Positions 24,177-32,000 of a DNA stretch of 32,000 nt are shown here, in pieces; the stretch's first letter is position 1, and each line of letters starts with the position of its first letter. Source of the DNA: Deltaproteobacteria bacterium (GTDB lineage Bacteria; Bdellovibrionota; JACOXK01). Under the pieces are notes generated by a model. That model had not been told where the DNA came from. It was given only the letters and a program-made list of their open reading frames with translations, and ran no database searches. Location: contig JACOXK010000058.1 in assembly GCA_016182335.1 (NCBI GenBank), positions 1 to 32,000 of the forward strand, in the 5' to 3' direction. The position numbers were made by a program, and so were the translations under genes.

Positions 24177-24290
24177 CCGTAAAGTCCACACAGAAGCTTT
24201 TCAAAGAACACCTTCTGTCAAATTTTACACAACACAACGATACCTTATGGAAAACGGCCCGGCACCCAGCTGGGCCGTTTTCTTTTTATC
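24177..24290 (+). ncRNA. Candidate sigma-54-dependent small RNA (~110 nt)
   Basis: The predicted start is ~12 nt downstream of the -12 GC. There is an internal 7-bp stem (acagaag...cttctgt), and the 3' end is the 13-bp GC-rich hairpin at 24251..24281 followed by cuuuuuauc. Only a 17-codon ORF without an RBS is present. The boundaries are approximate. Confidence 0.35.
24251..24290. terminator. Rho-independent terminator hairpin, probably bidirectional
   Basis: The stem pairs 24251-24263 (aaaacggcccggc) with 24269-24281 (gctgggccgtttt): 13 bp with one G-U and a 5-nt loop. On the + strand a T-rich tail (cttttta) follows. On the - strand the hairpin sits 5 nt after the glycosyltransferase stop, and the A-tract becomes a U-run. 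Confidence 0.75.
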
Positions 24291-25389
24291 TAGCTTTTAA
24301 TATGGTCTTGTATACTTTCTCTGTAGTCTGGATTTGATCATCAAAAGTGAATCCCTTGAGAAGCTTACCTCGACCTTGACGGGCCATTTGTAAGGCATCT
24401 TCGGGGTGCTCTATCATCCAAGTTAAAGCTTGAGAGAGGGCCTCTGAATCGTTTGGTGGCACAAGGAGTCCCGTGACCCCGTCCTCTATAATTTGAGGAA
24501 TGCCCCCTACCTTTGTTCCAATAACAGGAGTGCTCATTGCCAAGGCTTGAGGAAGTACTTGTGACGTTGCCTCATTAGCATACGAAGGCAAGACTACAAT
24601 ATCTAATGCTTTCATAATCTGTGGAATATCATGTCGATGTCCTGTAATCAGAACTTTTTTTTCTAGATTCAATTCTTTAATTCTACTCATTAAATGAGTC
24701 TTTCGCGGGCCATCTCCGATAAACATATAGAGTGCCCTAGGAAATTGATTTTGCAGGGTCTGAATAGAGTCTAAAAAACAATCATGCCCCTTCCAACTTC
24801 GAAGGACACCAACAACTCCAATGAGAGGTGAAAAATGTGCTAGATCAAATTCTTTGATAAAAGAACGTTCATCAATATCTGGATGGAATTTATTGAGATC
24901 AACGCCAGCTGGAACACTCACTACTTTTCCTGGAGGGATATTATTTCGATGTATGAGATGGTTTCGAATATCTTCACCGCTTGCAATAACAAAACGCGTG
25001 AGTTTGTCGTAAATAACTTTTGAAGTCCAGTGTTTTTTAACTAGGGTCGATAAATGACGACTTCTGACCATAGGAACTCTTGAAAGATAAGCTGCAATAC
25101 CTGCCGTCCAACTATCTTTTCCACTGTGAGTGTGGACAATGTCTACATTCTCCACACTTATAAGTTGTCGAACCTGCAGTATTCCCTGTGGATCAGCACA
25201 AAAACGAAAAGAGATAGGATAAAAGGGAAGCTTGACACTCTTTGCTTGTCTTCCAAGCTCACTATCGCAAGTACCCGCGAGAAGTACTCTATAACCCTTT
25301 TCTTGAAATCTTAGAGACTCTTCAAGGATGCGAATCTCCTGGCCTCCCCAGCCGTTTGAAGATTCTGTATGAAGCACAGTGATTCGCAT
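24286..25389 (-). CDS. Glycosyltransferase family 4 (GT-B fold)
   Basis: 367 aa with an N-terminal GWGGQE-type motif and a C-terminal GGIPQIIEDGVTGLLVPPND (E-x7-E region). It lies 5 nt downstream of the ftsZ stop on the same strand. Confidence 0.85.
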   Translation of the reverse strand: MRITVLHTESSNGWGGQEIRILEESLRFQEKGYRVLLAGTCDSELGRQAKSVKLPFYPISFRFCADPQGILQVRQLISVENVDIVHTHSGKDSWTAGIAAYLSRVPMVRSRHLSTLVKKHWTSKVIYDKLTRFVIASGEDIRNHLIHRNNIPPGKVVSVPAGVDLNKFHPDIDERSFIKEFDLAHFSPLIGVVGVLRSWKGHDCFLDSIQTLQNQFPRALYMFIGDGPRKTHLMSRIKELNLEKKVLITGHRHDIPQIMKALDIVVLPSYANEATSQVLPQALAMSTPVIGTKVGGIPQIIEDGVTGLLVPPNDSEALSQALTWMIEHPEDALQMARQGRGKLLKGFTFDDQIQTTEKVYKTILKAR

Positions 25390-25394
25390 ATTTT

Positions 25395-26606
25395 TTAAGC
25401 ATCAGTTGTCTGTTTACGAATAAAAGTCGGGATGTCGTATTCCTCGTCACTCAACCCCAATTCTTTGGCAATTTTTTTTGCCTGTTCAAGATCTTCATCT
25501 CTCTTTTTGCGTACCATCTGTGGGATGTCTTTTTTTACTTCGGACTTTACTTCAGGTCTTGGCTCTGGTTTTATTTCTCTCTGTTTTAAAATAAAATCTT
25601 GTGCCTGAACGACGGGAATGCTTGCAACACTGGCAGCTTTTCTAGCATCAGCGCCCGTAAATCCCGTAGCAATAACCGTAACTCTGACTTCATCTTTTAA
25701 AGAAGGATCTATTACTTGACCAAAAATAATATCTGCATCTTCATGAGCTGCATCGTGAATAAGGGATGAAGCGGCATTAACTTCATGAAGTGTAAGATTT
25801 GGGCCGCCAGTAATATTAATAATAATTCCCATAGCACCATCAATGGCTATGTCTTCTAAAAGGGGAGAAGATATAGCCATGTTGGCAGCTTCTACGGCGC
25901 GATTACTTCCTGTAGCAATACCCGTTCCCATCAGGGCCAATCCTTTATTAGACATAATGGTTCGAACATCAGCAAAATCTAAGTTGATATGACCTCGAAT
26001 ATTAACCAAATCAGAGATACCCTGAACAGCTTTTAATAAAACCTCATCAGCTTTTTTAAAGGCCTCTACAATGGACATGTCTTGTTCTGCCAGAGAAACT
26101 AATTTTTGATTAGGAATAACAATAAGCGTATCAACACTTTCTCGAAGCTCATCCAAACCGCGCTGAGCTTGCTTCATTCTTTTCTTTCCCTCAAAAAAGA
26201 ATGGCTTAGTGACAACACCAACCGTTAAAGCGCCAACCTCTTTTGCAGCATCTGCAACAACAGGTGCCCCCCCTGTGCCCGTGCCGCCTCCCATGCCGGC
26301 AGTAATGAATACAAGATCACTTCCTGAAAGGACATCTACTAGTTTTGCATAATCTTCCAAGGCTGCGTTGCGACCCACATCAGGATCAGCACCTGCTCCC
26401 AAGCCCTTCGTGAGTTCCACACCTAATTGAATTCTATTGTCCGTAGGTGCAGCCAAAAGTGCCTGCTTATCCGTGTTAGAAACAATAAAATCCACCCCCC
26501 TTAATTTGCTAGTGATCATAGTACTAATGGCATTGCCTCCACCGCCACCTACACCAATGACTCGGATTCTAGCACCTGAATGGGGATTTTCTTCAAATTC
26601 AAACAT
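25395..26606 (-). CDS. ftsZ: Cell division GTPase FtsZ
   Basis: It has GVGGGGGNA, the tubulin signature [15 protein letters not shown], and the conserved C-terminal peptide DIPTFIRK. Confidence 0.97.
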   Translation of the reverse strand: MFEFEENPHSGARIRVIGVGGGGGNAISTMITSKLRGVDFIVSNTDKQALLAAPTDNRIQLGVELTKGLGAGADPDVGRNAALEDYAKLVDVLSGSDLVFITAGMGGGTGTGGAPVVADAAKEVGALTVGVVTKPFFFEGKKRMKQAQRGLDELRESVDTLIVIPNQKLVSLAEQDMSIVEAFKKADEVLLKAVQGISDLVNIRGHINLDFADVRTIMSNKGLALMGTGIATGSNRAVEAANMAISSPLLEDIAIDGAMGIIINITGGPNLTLHEVNAASSLIHDAAHEDADIIFGQVIDPSLKDEVRVTVIATGFTGADARKAASVASIPVVQAQDFILKQREIKPEPRPEVKSEVKKDIPQMVRKKRDEDLEQAKKIAKELGLSDEEYDIPTFIRKQTTDA

Positions 26607-26615
26607 AGTGGCCTC

Positions 26616-27842
26616 CTAAAATATTTCTTTCATCCAGTTTGACATCACAGATTTCACTTTTCCATAAATATTGTCTTCACGAATTCTAAAAAGTGGACTT
26701 TGCTGATTTTTTGCCCCATAAAACACAAGTCCAACTCCTGTTGAATAAATCGGACTACTGACAATGTCAGTTAATCCCCCAATGTGTTGAGGCAGCCCTC
26801 TCTTAACAGGTAAGTCAAAGATGTATTCTGCTAACTCCGTTGTCCCTTGGAGAAGGGTAGACCCCCCAGTGATGACAATTCCAGAAGCAAGAAGTTCTTC
26901 ATAACCACTTTTAACAATTTCTCTTTGAACAAGAGCAAAAATCTCTTCTACACGTGGCTCAATCACTTCTGTCAGGGCTTTTCGAGACACACTTCTTGGC
27001 TTTCGTCCTCCGACAGTAGGAACTTCGATGATTTCATCCTTATCCACCATGGACAACATGGCGCAACCGTATTGACATTTAATTTTTTCAGCAGAAGCAG
27101 TAGGTGTTCTTAAACCTACAGCAATGTCGTTTGTCAGATGGTTGCCACCTAAAGACAGAACTGCTGTGTGCACAATGCTTCCTTCAGAAAATATGGCAAT
27201 ATCGGTTGTTCCTCCGCCAATGTCCACCATAGCTACCCCTAATTCTTTTTCATCTTGAGAAAGTACTGCTTCACTTGAAGCAATTTGTTGAAGGACAATA
27301 TCAATGACATTTAAGCCAGTTCGATTAGCACATTTAATAATGTTTTGGGCTGAGGAAACAGCAGCTGTGACTATATGAACTTTTGCTTCAAGGCGAACCC
27401 CACTCATTCCTAAAGGCTCTTTGATTCCGTCCTGATCATCAATGATATATTCTTGAGGGATGATGTGGATAACTTCTCTATCTAACGGGATAGCAACTGC
27501 TTTGGCGGCATCAATCACCCTTTGAACATCTGCTTTTTTAACTTCTTTCTCTTTGACAGCAACAATACCGTGGCTATTGAAGCCCTTAATATGGCCACCG
27601 GCTATTCCGCAATAAATGGAAGAAATTTCACACCCTGCCGTTAGTTCTGCCTCGTCAATCGCTTTTCGGATGGATTCAACCGTACTCTCGATGTTGATGA
27701 CGACACCTTTTCTCAAACCATGAGAGGGACTTGTTCCGACACCGACGATGTTAACACCTTTATCAGTCAGCTCTCCAACTATGGCGCAAATTTTAGTGGT
27801 TCCTATGTCGAGTCCGACAATCAACTCATCTTTTTTCCCCAT
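26616..27842 (-). CDS. ftsA: Cell division protein FtsA (actin-like ATPase)
   Basis: It has VGLDIGTTKICAIVGE and VDIGGGTTDIAIF phosphate-binding motifs. It is 408 aa and sits between ftsQ and ftsZ. Confidence 0.95.
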   Translation of the reverse strand: MGKKDELIVGLDIGTTKICAIVGELTDKGVNIVGVGTSPSHGLRKGVVINIESTVESIRKAIDEAELTAGCEISSIYCGIAGGHIKGFNSHGIVAVKEKEVKKADVQRVIDAAKAVAIPLDREVIHIIPQEYIIDDQDGIKEPLGMSGVRLEAKVHIVTAAVSSAQNIIKCANRTGLNVIDIVLQQIASSEAVLSQDEKELGVAMVDIGGGTTDIAIFSEGSIVHTAVLSLGGNHLTNDIAVGLRTPTASAEKIKCQYGCAMLSMVDKDEIIEVPTVGGRKPRSVSRKALTEVIEPRVEEIFALVQREIVKSGYEELLASGIVITGGSTLLQGTTELAEYIFDLPVKRGLPQHIGGLTDIVSSPIYSTGVGLVFYGAKNQQSPLFRIREDNIYGKVKSVMSNWMKEIF

Positions 27843-27913
27843 TTATGCTCCTTAAAAAAATTATACTGGGAACTCTCACAAGCTAGGCACTATTCACCTA
27901 TTCTAATCTCAGG

Positions 27914-28780
27914 TTATGACCTTTTGCGGACTTTTACAACCACATTTTTTTTGAAATTAAGATCAATCTCCGAAGCAATGATATTTCGCTTCTGCAGATC
28001 TTCACAGACTTTTTCTAGACGTGTCAATTTCTTGACGAAATCATCAATTCCCAATTTAATACGAGTGGAATGGGGAAGACTCACAACCATTAACCCTTTG
28101 GATTCCTGAAGGTGAATTTCGGATATTTTTGATGCATTCAAATAAAAACTCTGAGAGGTATTTTTGAGGAGCCACAAAGCCTTTTCAAAATATTGCATTT
28201 CTTCTTCACCCGAGGCAGAGCTTGTAATAACGGGATAGTTTAAGCCTTCTTCAGAAGCGACCTTCTTAATCATCTCGCCTCGTAGATCAATATAGTAAAG
28301 TTCTTTACCTTTTTTTAGGACACTTAGTATTTTTTTTTCTTCTATTTGTACTTTTAATTTATGTGGTAGAATTCTATAGATTTCTACCTTAAGAACCCAT
28401 GGGTTTTGGAGGATTTTCGTTTCAACCTCTTTTAAGTTCAGAGATAAAATATTGACAGTGGGAGTCAATCCAGCCAGTTCAAGAACGGTTTCACGAGAGA
28501 CCTTCTGAATTTTATTAATTTCAATCGATTCCAAGCTAAAGAGCGGGGTTGTGATAATGAAGTGGTATCCAAAATAGAAGAAACTTATGAAAACAAAAAA
28601 AATAAAAGAAGCCCCTGCGGTGGCAATGCAGGTTTTAAAAATTCTCCGTCGTCTTTTTTTCTGCTCTTCTATGCTTTTTACTTTTTTATTTTTTTTAAAT
28701 TTTTTTAAAAAAAGACCATTTCTTGCTTTAATGTCCCTTCCCCTTTTGAGGTCTTTATTTTTTTTTTTAAAGAAAGCCAT
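27914..28780 (-). CDS. ftsQ: Cell division protein FtsQ (POTRA domain)
   Basis: 288 aa. A very basic N-terminus is followed by one TM helix (IATAGASFIFFVFISFFYFGY) and then a POTRA-like region, IEINKIQKVSRETVLELAGL. The position between ddl and ftsA fits. Confidence 0.85.
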   Translation of the reverse strand: MAFFKKKNKDLKRGRDIKARNGLFLKKFKKNKKVKSIEEQKKRRRRIFKTCIATAGASFIFFVFISFFYFGYHFIITTPLFSLESIEINKIQKVSRETVLELAGLTPTVNILSLNLKEVETKILQNPWVLKVEIYRILPHKLKVQIEEKKILSVLKKGKELYYIDLRGEMIKKVASEEGLNYPVITSSASGEEEMQYFEKALWLLKNTSQSFYLNASKISEIHLQESKGLMVVSLPHSTRIKLGIDDFVKKLTRLEKVCEDLQKRNIIASEIDLNFKKNVVVKVRKRS

Positions 28781-28782
28781 GA

Positions 28783-29712
28783 TTAAAGATCGACAGATCT
28801 AAGAATTTCTTCAACAAGCTTGATAAAACTTAAGCCAAACTCTTTGGCAGCCTTGGGTACAAGGCTTGTCTCCGTCATTCCTGGTAATGTGTTAATCTCT
28901 AAAAACCAAGCCTTGTTATTTTTATCTACAATAAAGTCAGATCTAGCAGCTCCTCTGCACCTAAGAATGTCATAGGCCTTTAAACTAGTGTTCTGTATTT
29001 TCTGAGTGATCGATTTTGAAAGAGGAGCGGGGCAGAGATATTCAGTTTGGCCTTTTGTATATTTAGATTTGTAATCATAAAAACCGCTTTTGGGCTTAAT
29101 TTCAATGAGAGGAAGAGACTTTCCATTAAGAACAGAAGCCGTAATTTCCTTACCTGAAATAAAACCTTCTACAAGAACGCATGAATCAAATTTTTGAGCC
29201 ACCATAAGAGCATTTTTTAATTGTGAAAACTTTTTAATAATAGAAATACCCACAGTAGAACCTTGGGCATCTGGTTTAACAATGACCGGGGGTTTGAGAG
29301 ATAGTTTTTTCATGAATGAATCAACTTTTTCTTTAGAAGAATCCCAAAGTATAAAAGTTGGCGTCAAAATACCTTCTTTTTGGACAACCATTTTGGTCCA
29401 GGATTTAACCATGCATAAAGAAGAAGAGGCTACATGAGATCCCGTATAAGGAATTTTTAACATTTCACAAGCGCTTTGAACAACACCATCTTCTCCCCAG
29501 GTGCCATGAAGGGCATTAAAAATAATATCAATTTTTGCTTTTTGTAGAGTTTCAATAATATTATCTTGAACTTCAAGAAATTGAACTTGATAACTTTTTG
29601 ATTTCAAGGCTTCGAATACAGCCTTACCTGTTTTTAATGAGATCTCTTTTTCACTTGAGATACCGCCAGCCAAAACACCAATTCTTTTTTTACGTAATTG
29701 AGTTAACTCCAT
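28783..29712 (-). CDS. ddl: D-alanine--D-alanine ligase
   Basis: It has the ATP-grasp ligase motifs RIGVLAGGISSEKEISL, HGTWGEDGVVQ and LEINTLPGMTETSL. The ATG at 29712 is preceded by AGAGG and a 7-nt spacer; the ORF track start at 29745 is an upstream extension. Confidence 0.92.
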   Translation of the reverse strand: MELTQLRKKRIGVLAGGISSEKEISLKTGKAVFEALKSKSYQVQFLEVQDNIIETLQKAKIDIIFNALHGTWGEDGVVQSACEMLKIPYTGSHVASSSLCMVKSWTKMVVQKEGILTPTFILWDSSKEKVDSFMKKLSLKPPVIVKPDAQGSTVGISIIKKFSQLKNALMVAQKFDSCVLVEGFISGKEITASVLNGKSLPLIEIKPKSGFYDYKSKYTKGQTEYLCPAPLSKSITQKIQNTSLKAYDILRCRGAARSDFIVDKNNKAWFLEINTLPGMTETSLVPKAAKEFGLSFIKLVEEILRSVDL

Positions 29713-30560
29713 ATTTTGACCTCTTCCTCCAGAGTAACACCACATTTTTCCTGTACGGTTTTTTTTGCAAGAGAAATAAGAGATATAATATCATCAAAGC
29801 GAGCCCCCCCCTTATTGATAATAAAGTTTGCGTGAAGATTAGAAATTTGGGCATGTCCCATGCGAGTTCCTTTAAGCCCAGCCTGATCAATGAGCTGTCC
29901 GGCACTGACGGGTGTTGGGTTTTTGAAAATACAACCACAATTAGAGTGACTTACAGGCTGAGTTTCTTGTCTGTGTTTTAAAATGGATTGAATAGTTTTA
30001 GAAACATTCTCCTTTGTGTTTTTTTTCAATTTAAACACACCCTCTAAAAACACGGCACCTGTGGGTACATGTACTGAGCGGTATCCAAAACCCACTTTTT
30101 CCTTTGGGAGTTTTTCAAGTTTTCCTTGGGGGAATAGAATTAAGATTTCCTCGGTCATTGTGCCAAAGTCCCCTAAGGGTGTTCCAGCGTTCATGGCCAG
30201 CCCTCCGCCTATGTTGCCAGGAATGCCAGCGCAAAATTCCATACCTGAAAACCCAAGATCTTTGCAAAAAGATAAAAAACTAAATTTTGAAATAGATGCA
30301 GACGCTTGGATCCAAACTTCCTGTTCTGTTTCTTTAACAACTTTAAGAATTTTAGGTAAACGATCAAGTTTAATCACGGTTGCTGCTACACCTTCATCAG
30401 GGGCAAGCACATTGCTTCCCCCTCCTAAAAGATAATAATGGGGAGAATGATAGATGAAATTTGCAAGTTCTTGATAAGAAGTCGGATAAAAAAACGAGCT
30501 AGGTTTTCCACCAACTCGCATAGTAGTCATTTCGCAAAGGCGCCCATTTTTTTTAATCAT
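29703..30560 (-). CDS. murB: UDP-N-acetylenolpyruvoylglucosamine reductase
   Basis: 285 aa with the FAD-binding N-terminus MTTMRVGGKPSSFF, LGGGSNVL, and C-terminal GCIFKNP and GHAQISNLHANFIIN motifs. Confidence 0.92.
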   Translation of the reverse strand: MIKKNGRLCEMTTMRVGGKPSSFFYPTSYQELANFIYHSPHYYLLGGGSNVLAPDEGVAATVIKLDRLPKILKVVKETEQEVWIQASASISKFSFLSFCKDLGFSGMEFCAGIPGNIGGGLAMNAGTPLGDFGTMTEEILILFPQGKLEKLPKEKVGFGYRSVHVPTGAVFLEGVFKLKKNTKENVSKTIQSILKHRQETQPVSHSNCGCIFKNPTPVSAGQLIDQAGLKGTRMGHAQISNLHANFIINKGGARFDDIISLISLAKKTVQEKCGVTLEEEVKIWS

Positions 30561-31914
30561 TTTCTAAAAATTTTTCTCCAACTGTAAAGATATTGCCGGC
30601 GCCTAGAGTGAGAAGCACGTCCCCGGGTTTTACCATAGTTTTAAGAAGAATGGGTATTTTTGATAACAAAGCTTCATAGAAGACCTCAACCCCTTGTTTG
30701 CGTATTTGCGCAGCTAGTTTCTCAGCAGAAACTCCGCTGATAGGAGACTCGCTAGCCGCATAAATATCAGTTAAAATTAATAGATTAGTCTCTCTAAAAC
30801 ACTTAACAAATTCACTGAATAAGGCTTTTGTTCTCGTGTAACGGTGGGGTTGAAAAACCGTTATCAGTCTTCGATTGGGCCAGCATCTTTTGCAAGCAGA
30901 TAAAGTTGCCTGAATCTCGCTCGGATGGTGTCCATAATCATCCAGAACAAGAACATTATTTTTTTCACCCTTGCGATGGAATCGGCGCTCAACACCTGAA
31001 AACTCAAGCAGTGCTTTTTGAATATCAGATATTGATATATTGAGCTCTCTAGCTGCAGCAATGGCAGCAAGACAATTGAGGACATTATGTTCTCCGCTTA
31101 AGGGAGTTTTTATTCGAGCTAGTTTTCGGCCCTGAAATTCGCAATCAAATTCGGTCGATGATTCAGAAAAAGAAAGATGCGTTGCCCGATAATCGTTCTC
31201 CAGACTCAACCCATAGCGTATAATTTTCCTTTGAACGTTGGGAAGAATGTCTCTTATGTTTTTATCTTCAGAGCAGACAATAACGCTTCCTTCGGGTGAT
31301 ACTTTCAACAAAAAGTCGGTAAAAGCTCTTTTGATATGAGGCAGATCCTTATAAAAATCTGCATGTTCAAAATCGATATTAGTGACAATGGCATGAAGAG
31401 GAGAAAGCCTTAGAAAAGAGCCATCACTTTCATCAGCTTCGGCGACCAAATAATCGCCATGACCCAGTTTGGCATTCGAGCCTAATCCACGGACTCTTCC
31501 CCCAATAATAGCTGTAGGGTCAAAGCCAGCACTTTCTAAAATCATTGCAACGAGGGAAGAGGTCGTTGTTTTTCCATGAGCGCCTCCCACAACAATCGAC
31601 TTTTTAGATTTTGATAAATCAGCAAGTAATTGACCGCGGGTAAGAATGGGAAGCCGATATTCTTTTGCGCATATCAGCTCAGGATTATCAGAGTGTATTG
31701 CCGAAGATATAACAACTATATCAGTATCTTTTGGAACATGGGAAGCTGCGTGACCTTCAAAAATCTTGGCTCCTAAACCTTGCAATCTTTGCGTTAAAGG
31801 AGTGAGTTTTGCATCTGATCCGCAAACTTGATGACCTAAGTTTAGCAGAACCTCGGCCAGTCCGCTCATGCCAATACCGCCGATGCCTATGAAGTGATAT
31901 TTTTTCTTATGCAT
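30553..31914 (-). CDS. murC: UDP-N-acetylmuramate--L-alanine ligase
   Basis: 453 aa with HFIGIGGIGMSGLAEVL and the Mur ligase P-loop GAHGKTTTSS. It overlaps murB by 8 nt. Confidence 0.95.
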   Translation of the reverse strand: MHKKKYHFIGIGGIGMSGLAEVLLNLGHQVCGSDAKLTPLTQRLQGLGAKIFEGHAASHVPKDTDIVVISSAIHSDNPELICAKEYRLPILTRGQLLADLSKSKKSIVVGGAHGKTTTSSLVAMILESAGFDPTAIIGGRVRGLGSNAKLGHGDYLVAEADESDGSFLRLSPLHAIVTNIDFEHADFYKDLPHIKRAFTDFLLKVSPEGSVIVCSEDKNIRDILPNVQRKIIRYGLSLENDYRATHLSFSESSTEFDCEFQGRKLARIKTPLSGEHNVLNCLAAIAAARELNISISDIQKALLEFSGVERRFHRKGEKNNVLVLDDYGHHPSEIQATLSACKRCWPNRRLITVFQPHRYTRTKALFSEFVKCFRETNLLILTDIYAASESPISGVSAEKLAAQIRKQGVEVFYEALLSKIPILLKTMVKPGDVLLTLGAGNIFTVGEKFLEND

Positions 31915-32000
31915 TCTAATATTTTTTGTGAAGATTCACTCCAATTTAAGTCGCCAAATGCTTGCTTCATTTTTTCTAAACTATGTTCGTAGGTCATCAA
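31887..32000 (-). CDS. murG: C-terminal end of a probable MurG glycosyltransferase (5' part outside the window)
   Basis: My manual translation of the minus strand gives ...MTYEHSLEKMKQAFGDLNWSESSQKILECIRKNITS*, open to the window edge and overlapping the murC start by 28 nt. The identity rests mainly on conserved dcw gene order and a MurG-like C-terminal pattern. Confidence 0.45.
   Translation of the reverse strand: MMTYEHSLEKMKQAFGDLNWSESSQKILECIRKNITS

Noticed and set aside
24103-24300. A 65-aa + strand ORF in the AT-rich spacer, and a 17-codon ORF (ATG 24247) inside the candidate sRNA.
   Set aside because: Neither has a Shine-Dalgarno sequence. The 65-aa ORF runs across the sigma-54 element and through the terminator hairpin. 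Its composition is what translated AT-rich non-coding DNA would give.

Overview
AT-rich bacterial chromosomal segment. The gene content (dcw cluster, Lon, Dps, Myxococcus/Bdellovibrio-type envelope proteins) suggests a Bdellovibrionota/Oligoflexia-like organism, but that is inference only. There are four blocks. (1) 1-9474 is housekeeping: a repeat-rich coiled-coil protein tail, an MBL-fold hydrolase, Lon protease, a small ORF, Dps, and a + strand operon for a three-subunit acyl-CoA (propionyl-CoA-type) carboxylase plus a methylmalonyl-CoA mutase catalytic subunit that lacks the B12-binding domain. (2) 9559-21632 is an ~12 kb accessory cluster of 12 tightly coupled genes in two divergent operons. 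It is bracketed by an 89-bp direct repeat, which is a duplicated 3' end of the neighbouring TPR gene. The cluster encodes a MotA/MotB-type stator, a membrane-anchored FliG-like protein, three paralogous vWA-type lipoproteins, TPR and beta-propeller-like proteins, two candidate outer-membrane beta-barrels and a TonB-C/AgmX-PglI-type protein. It has no other flagellar genes. This is the best candidate for an undescribed envelope-spanning, proton-motive-force-driven machine. (3) 21544-24290 holds a TPR protein, a secreted S8 subtilase with a CUB-like tail, and an AT-rich intergenic region. That region has a perfect sigma-54 -24/-12 element aimed at a gene-free ~110-nt stretch ending in a strong hairpin, so it is a candidate sRNA. 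(4) 24286-32000 is the minus-strand dcw cluster end: murG (partial)-murC-murB-ddl-ftsQ-ftsA-ftsZ followed by a GT4 glycosyltransferase. I saw no rRNA, tRNA, CRISPR array, transposase or integrase.
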